From assembly GCA_965249725.1 (NCBI GenBank), contig CBDFMQ010000002.1:2880001-2944000 (forward strand): DNA of 64,000 nucleotides, in the 5' to 3' direction. This DNA is from Longimicrobiales bacterium. Its GTDB lineage: Bacteria > Gemmatimonadota > Gemmatimonadetes > Longimicrobiales > Gaopeijiaceae. Positions 19,178 through 29,471 of this stretch are shown here, piece by piece; within the stretch, counting starts at the first letter, position 1; each line of letters starts with the position of its first letter. The position numbers and the translations under genes are program-made. A model generated the notes under the pieces. It did not search any database. It had not been told where the DNA came from and worked only from the letters and a program-made list of their open reading frames with translations.

Positions 19178-20797
19178 ATGCGTCGCCCATCAGTGTCCCT
19201 CCTCGCCCTAGTGTCCCTACTGGCCGTCGGACTCATGGTCACCCCGAGGCTATCCGCGCAGGAAGTCGATTCGCGGCTCGAGGACCTCAAGGAAGAGGTC
19301 CTCGAGAAGGTACAGGGCCAGGCCAAGCTCGTTCAGGAGATCGTCGACCACCTGTTCTCCTTCGGTGAACTGGGCATGCAGGAGTTCGAGACACAGCGGT
19401 ATCTCACGGGAATACTCGAGGAGAATGGCTTCGAGATCGAGTTGGGGGTGGCCGGCATGCCTAGCGCCTGGACGGCGCGCTGGGGCTCGGGTAGTCCGGT
19501 AATCGCGTTGGGGTCCGACGTGGACGGGATTCCCCAGTCCAACCAGAAGCCCGGCGTGGGTTACCGCGAGGCCATCCTCTCGATGGCACCGGGACACGGG
19601 GAGGGCCACAACTCCGGCCAGGCCGTGAACATCGTCGCGGCGTTGGCCGTGAAGGAGATCATGGAGCGGGAGGGCATCTCGGGTACGCTCCTGATCTGGC
19701 CGGGCATCGCTGAGGAGCAGTTGGGCTCGAAGGCCTACTTCGTGAGGGACGGCGTGTTCGACGGAGTGGACGTCAACCTCTTCACGCACGTGAGTTCGAG
19801 CTTCGGCATGACCTGGGGACAGAGCGGGGGCAACGCGCTGATCTCCGCTCAGTTCAGCTTCACGGGCGCGACCGCCCACTCGGCCGGTTCGCCCTGGCGA
19901 GGTCGCTCCGCGCTCGACGCGGTCATGCTGATGGCGCAGGCGTGGGAGTTCAAGCGCGAGCACCTCCGTCCAGCCGCGCGCTCGCACTACATCATCGTCG
20001 AGGGTTGCGATCAGCCGAACGTGGTGCCTCAGCAGGCGAAGATCTGGTTCTACTTCCGAGAGAAGAACTACGAGCTGACCAAGGAGCAGTACGATGCTGC
20101 GATCTTGATGGCCGAGGGCGCGGCACTCATGACCGGTACCGAAATCGACACCATCCAAATCGTGGGATCGGCCTGGAGCCGCCACTTCAGCAAGCCAGTG
20201 GCGGAGGCTACCTACGCGAACATTCAGCGAGTCGGGCTGCCCGAATGGGACGAATCAGACGCCCAACTGGCGAACGCGCTACAGACCGAGTTGGGAGTGG
20301 AGGTCCGAGGGCTCCCCGATTCGATCGGCGAGCTCCGAGGTCCGGTCGATCTCTCCCAATCGCTGGGCGGCGGCTCAGACGACATCGGAGACGTGTCCTG
20401 GAATATGCCTACGGTCACCCTGCGCTACCCCGCCAACATCCCCGGCGGGCCGGGTCACAACTGGGCCAACGGCATCGCCATGGCCACGCCCATCGCCCAC
20501 AAGGGGTCGTTGGCTGGGGCCAAGGTTCAGGCGCTCACGCTGCTGGACCTGATGCTGAATCCGGCGATCGTGACCGATGCTTGGGCCTACTTCAACGACG
20601 TCCAGACCGCGGAGGAGGAGTACATCCCCTTCATCTCGGAAACCGACGAACCGGCCATCTTCCTGAACGAAGACATCATGGCGAGGTGGCGGCCGCTGAT
20701 GCGGGAGTACTACTACGACGCGTCCCGATTCGACACGTACCTGGAGCAGTTGGGCATCGAGTATCCGACGGTGAAGGCGAAGCCGATCACGGAGTGA
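19178..20797 (+). CDS. Secreted M20-family amidohydrolase (AbgB-like)
   Basis: GGAGG RBS, signal peptide, GHGEGHN, AEE, DQPNVVP, GGSDDIGDVSW. Confidence 0.88.
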   Translation: MRRPSVSLLALVSLLAVGLMVTPRLSAQEVDSRLEDLKEEVLEKVQGQAKLVQEIVDHLFSFGELGMQEFETQRYLTGILEENGFEIELGVAGMPSAWTARWGSGSPVIALGSDVDGIPQSNQKPGVGYREAILSMAPGHGEGHNSGQAVNIVAALAVKEIMEREGISGTLLIWPGIAEEQLGSKAYFVRDGVFDGVDVNLFTHVSSSFGMTWGQSGGNALISAQFSFTGATAHSAGSPWRGRSALDAVMLMAQAWEFKREHLRPAARSHYIIVEGCDQPNVVPQQAKIWFYFREKNYELTKEQYDAAILMAEGAALMTGTEIDTIQIVGSAWSRHFSKPVAEATYANIQRVGLPEWDESDAQLANALQTELGVEVRGLPDSIGELRGPVDLSQSLGGGSDDIGDVSWNMPTVTLRYPANIPGGPGHNWANGIAMATPIAHKGSLAGAKVQALTLLDLMLNPAIVTDAWAYFNDVQTAEEEYIPFISETDEPAIFLNEDIMARWRPLMREYYYDASRFDTYLEQLGIEYPTVKAKPITE

Positions 20798-20852
20798 GCG
20801 CAGGGTAGGACCCTGCGGCGAGAGCGCGGACGCTCACCGACGGCGAGATCGG

Positions 20853-21662
20853 CTACCAGCGCCTGACCGTCCACTCCCGTGCCAATCGCTGGGCCTCCGC
20901 GATCTGATCGGGAGTCATGCGCTCCGCGATCGCATCTCGGTTCCTCGATGCGATCCGACTTCCTTGAGCCGCGGATAGGTCGTACCACATGTACGCGTAG
21001 ACCCGGTCTCGAGGTACGCCCTCACCGTTCTCGTACAGCACACCCAGATTCGACTGAGCCGACCGGTACCCCTGCTCCGCCGAGAGCCGGTACAAACGGG
21101 CCGCCTGGAAGTCGTCCTCAGGCACACCTTCGCCGGCGTCGTACATGGCCCCGAGGTTGTACTGAGCACGGGCGAAGCCTTGCTCCGCCGACAGTTGGTA
21201 CCAGCGGATCGCCTCGGTGTTGTCCTCGGGCAGACCTTCACCGCGATCGTACTTGACCCCGAGGTTGTACTGGCCTTGGGCATGCCCCTGCTCGGCGGCC
21301 AACCGATACCAGCGCACGGCCTCGACATCGTCCTTGGGCACCCCCTCGGCCTTATCGTACATCAGTCCGAGGTTCGTTTGGGCGGGGGCGAAGCCTTGGT
21401 CCGCGGCCTTCCGATACCACCCGACCGCTTGGGCATCGTCCTCCGGCACGCCGTCTCCGTTGTCGTAGCGAATGCCGAGGGTGTTCTGGGCGGGAGCGTT
21501 CCCGACAATGCCGCACGTTAGCAGAATATCCATCGGCCAGTCGGGCGTCGCGTTCACGCACGGCTCCGGAGGGTCTTGGCTCGAGGCGCCCTGAGGAACG
21601 ATGAAGACGAGTCCAAGTATGCCCAAAGACCACAAGCAGAGTGCGCCTGCGCGATTGATCAT
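20853..21662 (-). CDS. Secreted Sel1-like repeat protein
   Basis: Five repeats of AQxNLGxxYxxGEGVPxDxxxAxxWYxxAAEQG; MTPDQIAEAQRLAREW terminus. Confidence 0.92.
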   Translation of the reverse strand: MINRAGALCLWSLGILGLVFIVPQGASSQDPPEPCVNATPDWPMDILLTCGIVGNAPAQNTLGIRYDNGDGVPEDDAQAVGWYRKAADQGFAPAQTNLGLMYDKAEGVPKDDVEAVRWYRLAAEQGHAQGQYNLGVKYDRGEGLPEDNTEAIRWYQLSAEQGFARAQYNLGAMYDAGEGVPEDDFQAARLYRLSAEQGYRSAQSNLGVLYENGEGVPRDRVYAYMWYDLSAAQGSRIASRNRDAIAERMTPDQIAEAQRLAREWTVRRW

Positions 21663-21773
21663 CGGTGTACTACCCTTGAAATCCGGATGCTCCTAATGGT
21701 ACTGCCATAACCGTTTTCGAGCACATTCGGCGGATTCCGCTTCTAGCCGGGTGGTACCTCGGGACGGGGGTCG

Positions 21774-22154
21774 CTAACAGGGCGCATACATAGCCAGGCT
21801 CTCGATCTCCTCCATCACCTGAGACAGCAGGTCGCCGGGCTCCTGCTCGTCCCGGTTCTCCAGCCAGGTCCCGCAACGCTCTCCATCCAGCAGCTCGCCC
21901 TGATACCGGATCCGCCCGTTCGAGAAGTACACCGTCATCTCACCGTTCCAGCGCCCATTCTCCAGAAATCCGCTGAACTGGATGGCATCAGGGTCATCCT
22001 CGAACGGCTTGAAGACACTCCCGCTGAAGGGCTCCATCGTTTCCTGATCGAAGTACACGCTGTCCTGCAGGACGAGCTGTGCGATGTCGCTCGGCGGGCC
22101 GGCGCAGCCGAGGGAAAACGCGACGAGAACGACGAGGAAGTTCCGCAGACTCAC
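21774..22154 (-). CDS. Hypothetical lipoprotein with MORN-variant-like repeats
   Basis: Lipobox SLGC; PFSG...NGRWNGEMTVYFSNGRIRYQG. Confidence 0.7.
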   Translation of the reverse strand: MSLRNFLVVLVAFSLGCAGPPSDIAQLVLQDSVYFDQETMEPFSGSVFKPFEDDPDAIQFSGFLENGRWNGEMTVYFSNGRIRYQGELLDGERCGTWLENRDEQEPGDLLSQVMEEIESLAMYAPC

Positions 22155-22248
22155 GGTTTAACCACCCATTCCATGACGTTTCCCACCCCTTCACCACCCC
22201 CTAACTTGGCAGATCACTTCGTCCCATATGCAATAGGAAGATAGAGCC

Positions 22249-25200
22249 ATGTTCGCCAATCGGTTCCTCCTGTTTGTTTCGGTGCCTGTCGCCCTCGGCA
22301 CTCTCCTGGCTTCGCACCCAACCGACCTCTCCGCCCAGCAGCCCACGGCCACCACCGTGGTCCTCGATTCGGCGTTCCTGGCCGGCTACCGATGGCGCAA
22401 CCTCGGTCCCGACCGTGGAGGGCGGTCCATCGCGGTAAGCGGTGTGATCGGCCGGCCCGACGAGGGCTACTTCGGCGCGGTGGGCGGCGGTCTCTGGAAG
22501 ACCATCGACGGTGGCGAGAACTGGGGTTCGGTCACCGACTTCCAGATCACATCGGCGTCCGTAGGCGCGGTGGCGGTGAGCGAGACCAACCCCGACCTCG
22601 TCTTCATCGGCACGGGCGAGACCTGCATACGCGGAAATATCATGCCGGGGGACGGCGTGTACCGAAGCACCGATGCGGGTGATACCTGGGAGCATGTGGG
22701 CTTCAGGGAGTCCCACGGGATTTCGAAGGTCCGCATCCACCCCACCAATCCGGACATCGTGTACGTCGCCTCGTTCGGTAAGTACAGCGCGCCCAGCGAG
22801 GAGCGCGGGGTGTTCAAGAGCACCGACGGGGGAGACAGCTGGGAGCGCGTTCTCTTCCGCAACGACGAGACGGGCGCCATCGACCTCGTGATCGATCGCA
22901 ACGACCCGGACGTCTTGTACGCCTCGCTGTGGGAGGCGTACCGCAAGGAATACCAGATGTCTTCCGGCGGTCCAGGCAGCGGAATGTTCAAGAGCACGGA
23001 CGGCGGGGATACCTGGACGGAGATCACCCGCAACCCGGGCATGCCCCAGGAGGGTCTCGTGGGCCGCATCGGCCTCGCGGTGTCCAGCGCGAACTCGAAC
23101 CGCGTGTACTCGTTGTTCGAGAACGACGACGGCGGCCTGTTCCGGAGCGACGACGCGGGAGAGACGTGGGAGCTCGTGAACGACAACCGGGCCATCCGCC
23201 AGCGCGCCTTCTACTACACGCACGTCTTCGCCGATCACCAGGACGAAGATGTGGTCTACATGCAGAACACGTCGCTCTTCCGCTCCGAGGACGGCGGCGA
23301 GACGTACGAGACCATCAACAACGGGACCCACGGGGACTTCCACGACTTCTGGATCGATCCGGACGACCCGACGCACCTGATCGTCGGCAACGACGGCGGT
23401 GGGGCCGTAAGCACCAACACCGGCGACAAGTGGACCGACCAGGAGTTCTCTACCTCGCAGTTCTACCACGCCGTCACCACGGCCCACGTGCCCTTCCACG
23501 TCTGCGGATCCCAGCAGGACAACAGCACGCTGTGCCTGCCGTCGACCTGGAACGCCGGTCGGTACGGCTTCAGCGCCGCGGGACCCGGGCGAGGCACCCC
23601 GCCGGCCAGCATCACCGAGGGATCGATGAACGTGGCCTACCGCGCGGGCGGCGGTGAGCCGGGCTACATCGCGCCGGACCCGAAGGACCTCAACATCTTC
23701 TTCTCCGGGACGAACAACGGGCGCTACGTCGACAAGTTCAATCGCAGCCTCGGGACGTCTCGTGAAGTAAACCCCTACCCGTGGTTCTACTCGGGAGAGC
23801 CGGCGGCCGATCTGGTCGAGCGCTGGCAGTGGACGTTCCCGATCCTGTTCTCGCCGATCGACCCCAACACGCTGTACACGTCGTCCCAGCGCCTGTGGCG
23901 GACGACGAACGGTGGCAGGACCTGGGACGCCCTTAGCGGCGATCTCACCCGTGCCGACCCGATGACCCTGCAGCACTCCGGCGGACCCATCACGGGAGAC
24001 ATGAACGGACCCGAGGTCTACGCGACCATCTTCGCAGTCGGACCGGGCCGCGTGGATATCGACGTCATCTGGACCGGCTCCGACGACGGCCTGGTCCACG
24101 TCACGGCCGACGGCGGCGCGAACTGGACCAACGTCACCCCGCCGGACATGCCCGACTTCGGCCGCGTGAGCCAGATCGACGCGTCGCCCTTCGGTGCCGG
24201 TGGCGCCTACGTGTCCGTGCGTCGCCCGCTTCTCGACGACTTCTCTCCGTACATCTGGAAGACCAACGATTACGGTCGCACGTGGACCAAGATCGTTTAT
24301 GGCATCCGCGAGGACGCCTACGTCCACGCGGTTCGTGCCGACCCGAACCGTGAGGGACTCCTTTATGCGGGCACGCAGCACGGCGTATACGTCTCGTATG
24401 ACGACGGCGCCCACTGGCAGGAGCTGAACCCCAACCTGCCCGACATCCCGGTCGTGGACGTGATCGCAGAGCAGAACGAGTTGGTGATCGGGACGCACGG
24501 GCGGGGCTTCTGGGTGCTCGATAACGCCGCACCCATCCGGCAGGCCGCGCCGAACATGACGTCCGAGGCGATGACGTTGTTCGAACCGTCCGTCGCCTAT
24601 CGATCCGCCAACGGCGTGACACTGAGTTGGTGGTTCAGCGAGGCGCCAGAGACGGCCTTGCTGGAGATCCTGGACGCGTCAGGTGACGTGATCCGGACCT
24701 TCGAGCCGGAGGTGGAGCGCGCCGACAGCACGGAGGAGCGAGACCGCTGGGCTCCGCCCACGATGCCCACCGAGGCCGGGCTGAACTTCGTACAGTGGAA
24801 CCTGCAGACCACTCCGGCCGTGACGTTCCCCGGCATGATCCTGTGGGGTGTGCGCAACTTGGCTCCTGTGGCGCCTCCGGGGCAGTACACGGTGCGTTTG
24901 AGCGCTGACGGTCGGACTCAGACGGCTCCGCTATCCATTCAGCGCCACCCGTGGATCACCGACGTCACCGACGCAGACCTTCAGTCGCAGTACGTGTTCG
25001 GTCGTCGCGTTCGAGACAAGGTGAACGAGGCCAATGAGGCGGTCATCGCCATCCGGCGGGTGAAGGCGCAGTTGGACGATCGGCTGGAGCAGTCGGACGA
25101 CGGACGACTGGCGGAGGCGGGCGAGACGCTGACCACCAACGCATCGGAGGTGGAAGCGAACATCTACCAGGTTAGAAACCGGAGCGGGCAGGACCCCCTG

Positions 25201-25446
25201 AACTTTCCCATCAAGGTGAACAACCGGCTCGCGAACCTGTTGTCCATGTCCGAGCGGGGGGATGGGCAGCCCATGAACAACATGGAAGAGATCTTCCAGA
25301 TTCTCGTGGACGAACTGCGGGGGTATACGGACCGCCTGGAAGAAGTCTGGGAGACGGATCTCGAAGACGTGAACCGGGAGCTGGAGCGCCTGGGACTGGA
25401 GCCGCTCGATCCGCGGGACGAGGGAACGCAGCTGATCTCGGAGTAG
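22249..25446 (+). CDS. Secreted VPS10/BNR (Asp-box) beta-propeller glycosyl-hydrolase-like protein
   Basis: WRNLGPDRGGRS; repeated KSTDGGDTW Asp-boxes; GTHGRGFWVLD; C-terminal coiled coil. Confidence 0.9.
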   Translation: MFANRFLLFVSVPVALGTLLASHPTDLSAQQPTATTVVLDSAFLAGYRWRNLGPDRGGRSIAVSGVIGRPDEGYFGAVGGGLWKTIDGGENWGSVTDFQITSASVGAVAVSETNPDLVFIGTGETCIRGNIMPGDGVYRSTDAGDTWEHVGFRESHGISKVRIHPTNPDIVYVASFGKYSAPSEERGVFKSTDGGDSWERVLFRNDETGAIDLVIDRNDPDVLYASLWEAYRKEYQMSSGGPGSGMFKSTDGGDTWTEITRNPGMPQEGLVGRIGLAVSSANSNRVYSLFENDDGGLFRSDDAGETWELVNDNRAIRQRAFYYTHVFADHQDEDVVYMQNTSLFRSEDGGETYETINNGTHGDFHDFWIDPDDPTHLIVGNDGGGAVSTNTGDKWTDQEFSTSQFYHAVTTAHVPFHVCGSQQDNSTLCLPSTWNAGRYGFSAAGPGRGTPPASITEGSMNVAYRAGGGEPGYIAPDPKDLNIFFSGTNNGRYVDKFNRSLGTSREVNPYPWFYSGEPAADLVERWQWTFPILFSPIDPNTLYTSSQRLWRTTNGGRTWDALSGDLTRADPMTLQHSGGPITGDMNGPEVYATIFAVGPGRVDIDVIWTGSDDGLVHVTADGGANWTNVTPPDMPDFGRVSQIDASPFGAGGAYVSVRRPLLDDFSPYIWKTNDYGRTWTKIVYGIREDAYVHAVRADPNREGLLYAGTQHGVYVSYDDGAHWQELNPNLPDIPVVDVIAEQNELVIGTHGRGFWVLDNAAPIRQAAPNMTSEAMTLFEPSVAYRSANGVTLSWWFSEAPETALLEILDASGDVIRTFEPEVERADSTEERDRWAPPTMPTEAGLNFVQWNLQTTPAVTFPGMILWGVRNLAPVAPPGQYTVRLSADGRTQTAPLSIQRHPWITDVTDADLQSQYVFGRRVRDKVNEANEAVIAIRRVKAQLDDRLEQSDDGRLAEAGETLTTNASEVEANIYQVRNRSGQDPLNFPIKVNNRLANLLSMSERGDGQPMNNMEEIFQILVDELRGYTDRLEEVWETDLEDVNRELERLGLEPLDPRDEGTQLISE

Positions 25447-25459
25447 TCGACGAGGAGTC

Positions 25460-25495
25460 GCTCCCCTCGAACCCCGGTGGGGTGCGGAGGGGAGC
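25460..25495. terminator. GC-rich hairpin between convergent genes
   Basis: GCTCCCCTC...GAGGGGAGC outer stem with inner ACCCC-GGT-GGGGT; no U-tract. Confidence 0.5.
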
Positions 25496-25497
25496 CT

Positions 25498-26523
25498 CTA
25501 CCGGGGTGCGACGATCATCGGTTGAACGCTGAACCGGTCGGGATCTTCCGCCGACACCGTGATCAACACCCAATGCATGAAGGGATGACCGAACGTCTCG
25601 ACCCGGGTCAGGTTCGTGGTCATCTCGCCCGTCACGTTGTTCGAGAACGGCTTGTCGACCGTGTATGTGTGCGAATCACCGTGCATCACGAGTACTGGTC
25701 CGTCGAACGCGTCGGCCTCGTCGCGTAGGGTCTCCAGGAACTCGGAATAGGCCGGACGCGCCTCCCCCCGTTTGAAACTGTCCCATCCCGGGTTGGCATG
25801 TATCACCACCACGACGCTCTCTAGTCCCTCCGCTCGAGCCGTCTCGAACGACTGCCGCATCCAGGTGATGTCGGCCGCGTTCCGCTCGACGAATTCGGCC
25901 CTGGGATCGGCCTCCGACCCGAGGTTGTTTCCACCGCCTACCACATGGAGCGTGAGGTAGAGGTCGTCGCGGAAGCGCCAACGGGTGTTCTCTCGGAATC
26001 TCTCGAATCCGGCGCTGTCGCTCTGCCGTTCCAGCGGGAGCTTACGGCCGCCGAGAGATTCGCCTCCCTGGGTAAAGACCTCGCGGAGCGCCTCAAGCTG
26101 CTCCATCGGATCCAGGCCCGCCCTGTCGCACTCGAGCCATTCGTTGTCACCAAACGTGAGAAAGACAGGATGGCGAAGTGCTTCGAACTCGGCGTAACGA
26201 GCGGCATAGACCGAATCCGCACAGACGAGTGAGCTGTTGAGATCACCCACGTGAACGACGAATTCCACGTCGGCCGCATCGATCTCCTGCAGCACCGCCG
26301 CGTACTGCGCGGCCACGAACTCGGGGGGGAGGGGCGCAGTGGGCGACGCGTAGTAGGGCATGTCGCCGACCAAGGCAAACTGGTAGATGCTGGGCGCTTC
26401 GACAGGGGGCCCCTCGGCCGGCACGCATGAAGCGCATGCGAGAACGATGACGATCCCGAGGATAGGCGGCTGGACGCGGCGGGCGCGCTCCGCCGCCGCG
26501 AAGTCAACGTGCCAATCAAACAT
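25498..26523 (-). CDS. Calcineurin-like metallophosphoesterase, probably a lipoprotein
   Basis: LVGDMPY, VHVGD, FGDNEW, HGDSH motifs. Confidence 0.8.
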   Translation of the reverse strand: MFDWHVDFAAAERARRVQPPILGIVIVLACASCVPAEGPPVEAPSIYQFALVGDMPYYASPTAPLPPEFVAAQYAAVLQEIDAADVEFVVHVGDLNSSLVCADSVYAARYAEFEALRHPVFLTFGDNEWLECDRAGLDPMEQLEALREVFTQGGESLGGRKLPLERQSDSAGFERFRENTRWRFRDDLYLTLHVVGGGNNLGSEADPRAEFVERNAADITWMRQSFETARAEGLESVVVVIHANPGWDSFKRGEARPAYSEFLETLRDEADAFDGPVLVMHGDSHTYTVDKPFSNNVTGEMTTNLTRVETFGHPFMHWVLITVSAEDPDRFSVQPMIVAPR

Positions 26524-26831
26524 GGAGTCTCCCTATTCGTCGGTCAGCCTCTTCGCGAGAGGGCCCGTCGGTGAATTGAGGTCTAACTCCATGCTCATGC
26601 AACGGCGGCGCGCCGTTTCACGGAACGGCCCAGGACGTTCCAAGAGCGGTTTCATGAAACGCCGAACCGGCCGGAGACCGCCTCTCTACCAGCCCTAAGT
26701 CGTTCGAGGACAATGTGTTCAGCTCCAAGAGCTCCGGTGCTCCAATCCGGAACGAGGATTGCATTGAGCGAGTGCATTCGAAGGTTCGGGCATCCGGCTC
26801 GGACCCGTACCGCGTGTTCAGGAGGAGTCCC

Positions 26832-27659
26832 ATGCGCCGGATATGTACTGCTCTGATGTTGCTCGCCACCGCCGCCTGTCTGGACCAGGAAGCCGCCCCA
26901 ACGGCTCCAGAGTTCGACGTCGCACTGTCAGTGTCAGGAAAGGGCGGTTCCGCGACGTACGAGGTTACGGTCACCAACGACACGGGCGGCCAACCCTTCA
27001 CCCCCCCACTGGCTGTGACACACCGAAAGTCACTCGTTGTGTTCGAGGTGGGCGAGGCGGCGAGCCTCGGAGTCCAGGAGATTGCCGAGAATGGGAATCT
27101 CGGCCCGCTCGAAGCGGCCTTGACCGGACACAAGCACGTCTCGGACCTCGTGATCGCACTCGGATCGCCGCCCCCGATACTTCCAGGGACTTCACGCACA
27201 TTTACGATCACGGCAGGCAAGGGGGCCAAGTATCTGTCGTTCGTCTCGATGTTGATCTGCACGAACGACGGCTTTACCGGCCTCGACGCGGTACGACTGC
27301 CCAAAGACGGCGATGACACCTCTGTGTACATGACCATGGCGTATGACGCGGGCACCGAGATCAACACCGAAGACTTCGACGACATGGTTCCGCCCTGCGA
27401 CCCCTTGACCGGTGGCCCGGGCGGTAGCGGCACCGGCACCAGCAACCCTGCGCTCGCAGAGAACGGCGTCATCCACATGCACGGCGGCATTCAGGGCGGG
27501 AATGATCTGAGCCCGTCGATTCACGGATGGACCGGTCCCGTCGCAACCGTGTCGATCACGCGGGTCGATAAGAGCGACAAGAGTGCCAAGAGCGGGAAGA
27601 GCGGGAAGAGCGGGAAGAGCGGGAAGAGCGATAAGAGCAAGAAGAGCAAGAAGGGCTGA
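26832..27659 (+). CDS. Spondin_N-domain lipoprotein with Lys/Ser-rich C-terminal tail
   Basis: GGAGG RBS; lipobox TAAC; YEVTVTN..GQPFTP, IAENG, SMLICTNDGFTG, AYDAGTEINTE. Confidence 0.88.
   Translation: MRRICTALMLLATAACLDQEAAPTAPEFDVALSVSGKGGSATYEVTVTNDTGGQPFTPPLAVTHRKSLVVFEVGEAASLGVQEIAENGNLGPLEAALTGHKHVSDLVIALGSPPPILPGTSRTFTITAGKGAKYLSFVSMLICTNDGFTGLDAVRLPKDGDDTSVYMTMAYDAGTEINTEDFDDMVPPCDPLTGGPGGSGTGTSNPALAENGVIHMHGGIQGGNDLSPSIHGWTGPVATVSITRVDKSDKSAKSGKSGKSGKSGKSDKSKKSKKG
27570..27650 (+). repeat. 9-bp coding tandem repeat (AAGAGYNNN)x9 encoding (KSx)9
   Basis: KSD KSA KSG KSG KSG KSG KSD KSK KSK. Confidence 0.95.
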
Positions 27660-27690
27660 CGCTAGCCCGAGCTTCGAACTCGCTCCACAC

Positions 27691-27727
27691 CGGGGCGGTC
27701 GGTCCTGGGGGGGGCCGGCCGTACCCG
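27691..27727 (+). terminator. GC-rich hairpin downstream of the spondin gene
   Basis: GCGGTCGGTCCT-GGGG-GGGGCCGGCCGT with several G-U pairs; no U-tract. Confidence 0.35.
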
Positions 27728-27872
27728 TTCGCGGAGAGGCAGCGGACGCGTTGCGCCGAAGGGGGTAGCGGGGGGGGGTACTGGCACCAATCCAACGGCC
27801 GGGAAACCGAAGCCAGAGCCGTGTACGAGCGCACCCAGTCGGGGCGCGCCGGTCAGTGGGCGGCGTTCGGGT

Positions 27873-29219
27873 TCATCGCGGCGGAGGCGGAGCTGGGGCG
27901 GATGGGTGCGTGATCCCCTCGAGTCGTTCTACGAAGTCATTAAGTAGAGCTTGGCTCTGCCGGCTGTCGAGGGCAAAGGCATCGTAGTGGAGGGTGAGGC
28001 GAAGCGCCCCGGCGTAGGTGTGGGCGGCGAGCGTGATGTTGGTCTCGGGCCGGATCGGGGGCAGGAAGTCGACGCACTCCAGAGTGGTTGAGCCGAGGCA
28101 TGTTTTTCCATCTTCGTTGCTCAACGGACTCTGGTCGAAGAGGCGTCCCGCGTTGGACAGCACGGCCGTGGCCTGACATTGACGTGCCCGAACCATGGTT
28201 GATAGGCCACCGACGAACCGTCCCAGAGCCACGCTGTGGAGAAAAGCCAAGCCCAGTTTGTTTCGCCTGATCCTCCGCATCTCACGATGAATGCCCTGTA
28301 AGAAACCAGGGCTATCGTCTACATGACTGGCCCGACGATTGAGGAACGCTAGGCTCATATGATTGATCGCGGAGACGGAACCGGCGGGGCGAAAACCGAC
28401 GGCCACGCAAACACGTATCCACGGCGACGTTGCCCTCTCCGGCGGTGGCTGGCGCGCGCCTATGGTTGAATACAGGGTGTGAATAAGGAGGTCGTTGAGG
28501 GAGACTCCTCGGGTGCCGGCGGCAGCCCGTAGGGAGGCGGTCTCCTGGGCGTTGAACTGCCAGTTGAGCGACCGCGGGTAGAGTGGGCCGGGTGACGCCT
28601 CGTCATCGGCAGGGCCGGACGTAGTCAGCGCGTGTGGCGTACGCATCAGGTAGTGGAGCACGCCATTCCAGGCTCGGACTTGTCTCAGGCTCGCCCACCA
28701 AAACTGTGCACGCGTCAAGCCGACGCGATGGCGTTGACGCAGGCGTGAGTTGTCGCGAACGGGTGCTGGTGGGGTGGGCAGTTCCGGCGAGGCAAGGGCG
28801 TAGTGGACGAGTAGGTCTTCTGCGAAGCGTAAGACACCGAGACCGTCAGAGGCCGCATGATGGGCTTGTAGGACAAGATCTGTGTGCTGCCCGTCACCGC
28901 AGGTATAGACGCGTACTCCCGGTTCGCTACACACGTCGAGCGGACGCAGGTTCGGTAGTTCGGGACCCGGCGTTGTCGCGAGTTTTTGTACATGGATCGG
29001 TGCGGGGCTCGGTATCCAGTACCAGTGGCGAGCTCGCTGTTGTGCTATACAGGTGAGGAGAGGATGATCGCGGAGGGCCGTTTGCAGAGCAGCCTCCAGT
29101 ATATCCGGATCGAGTGCACCGGAGAAACGCAATCGCACAAACCCGTTCATGGGATAGACTGGCCCGTGATCGACCAGCATGTACTGCTCGAACGGTACGA
29201 GACGCAGCGGTCGGGTCAT
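27873..29219 (-). CDS. Stand-alone condensation-domain / CoA-dependent acyltransferase
   Basis: HHxxxDG motif QAHHAASDGLG; ALRDHPLL; GVSLNDLL; VLSNAG. Confidence 0.82.
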   Translation of the reverse strand: MTRPLRLVPFEQYMLVDHGPVYPMNGFVRLRFSGALDPDILEAALQTALRDHPLLTCIAQQRARHWYWIPSPAPIHVQKLATTPGPELPNLRPLDVCSEPGVRVYTCGDGQHTDLVLQAHHAASDGLGVLRFAEDLLVHYALASPELPTPPAPVRDNSRLRQRHRVGLTRAQFWWASLRQVRAWNGVLHYLMRTPHALTTSGPADDEASPGPLYPRSLNWQFNAQETASLRAAAGTRGVSLNDLLIHTLYSTIGARQPPPERATSPWIRVCVAVGFRPAGSVSAINHMSLAFLNRRASHVDDSPGFLQGIHREMRRIRRNKLGLAFLHSVALGRFVGGLSTMVRARQCQATAVLSNAGRLFDQSPLSNEDGKTCLGSTTLECVDFLPPIRPETNITLAAHTYAGALRLTLHYDAFALDSRQSQALLNDFVERLEGITHPSAPAPPPPR

Positions 29220-29471
29220 GGCTTCAATCTTCCGACCACGGTCGATCTAGTTGCTGCTTGCTGGCGCGAACGCCGCGACGAGACCGCGGAAGACGGCGAT
29301 CGCGTAGGAGTAGCGTGGCGGCCGGCTCATTGGGATCTCCTGCGGGATGATGATCGTCGCCTAACGGCTCGAGGCTCTGCTCAACGGCCAATGTGGTGAC
29401 CGCGAGCGAAGCGCGCGAATGACCTATATTGCTCGACCGGAAACGTCGGACCCTAGCAACCCACCTGTTCA

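Noticed and set aside
22201..24498. 765-aa minus-strand ORF
   Set aside because: Antisense shadow of the VPS10/BNR gene; expected with high GC3 and has no motifs.
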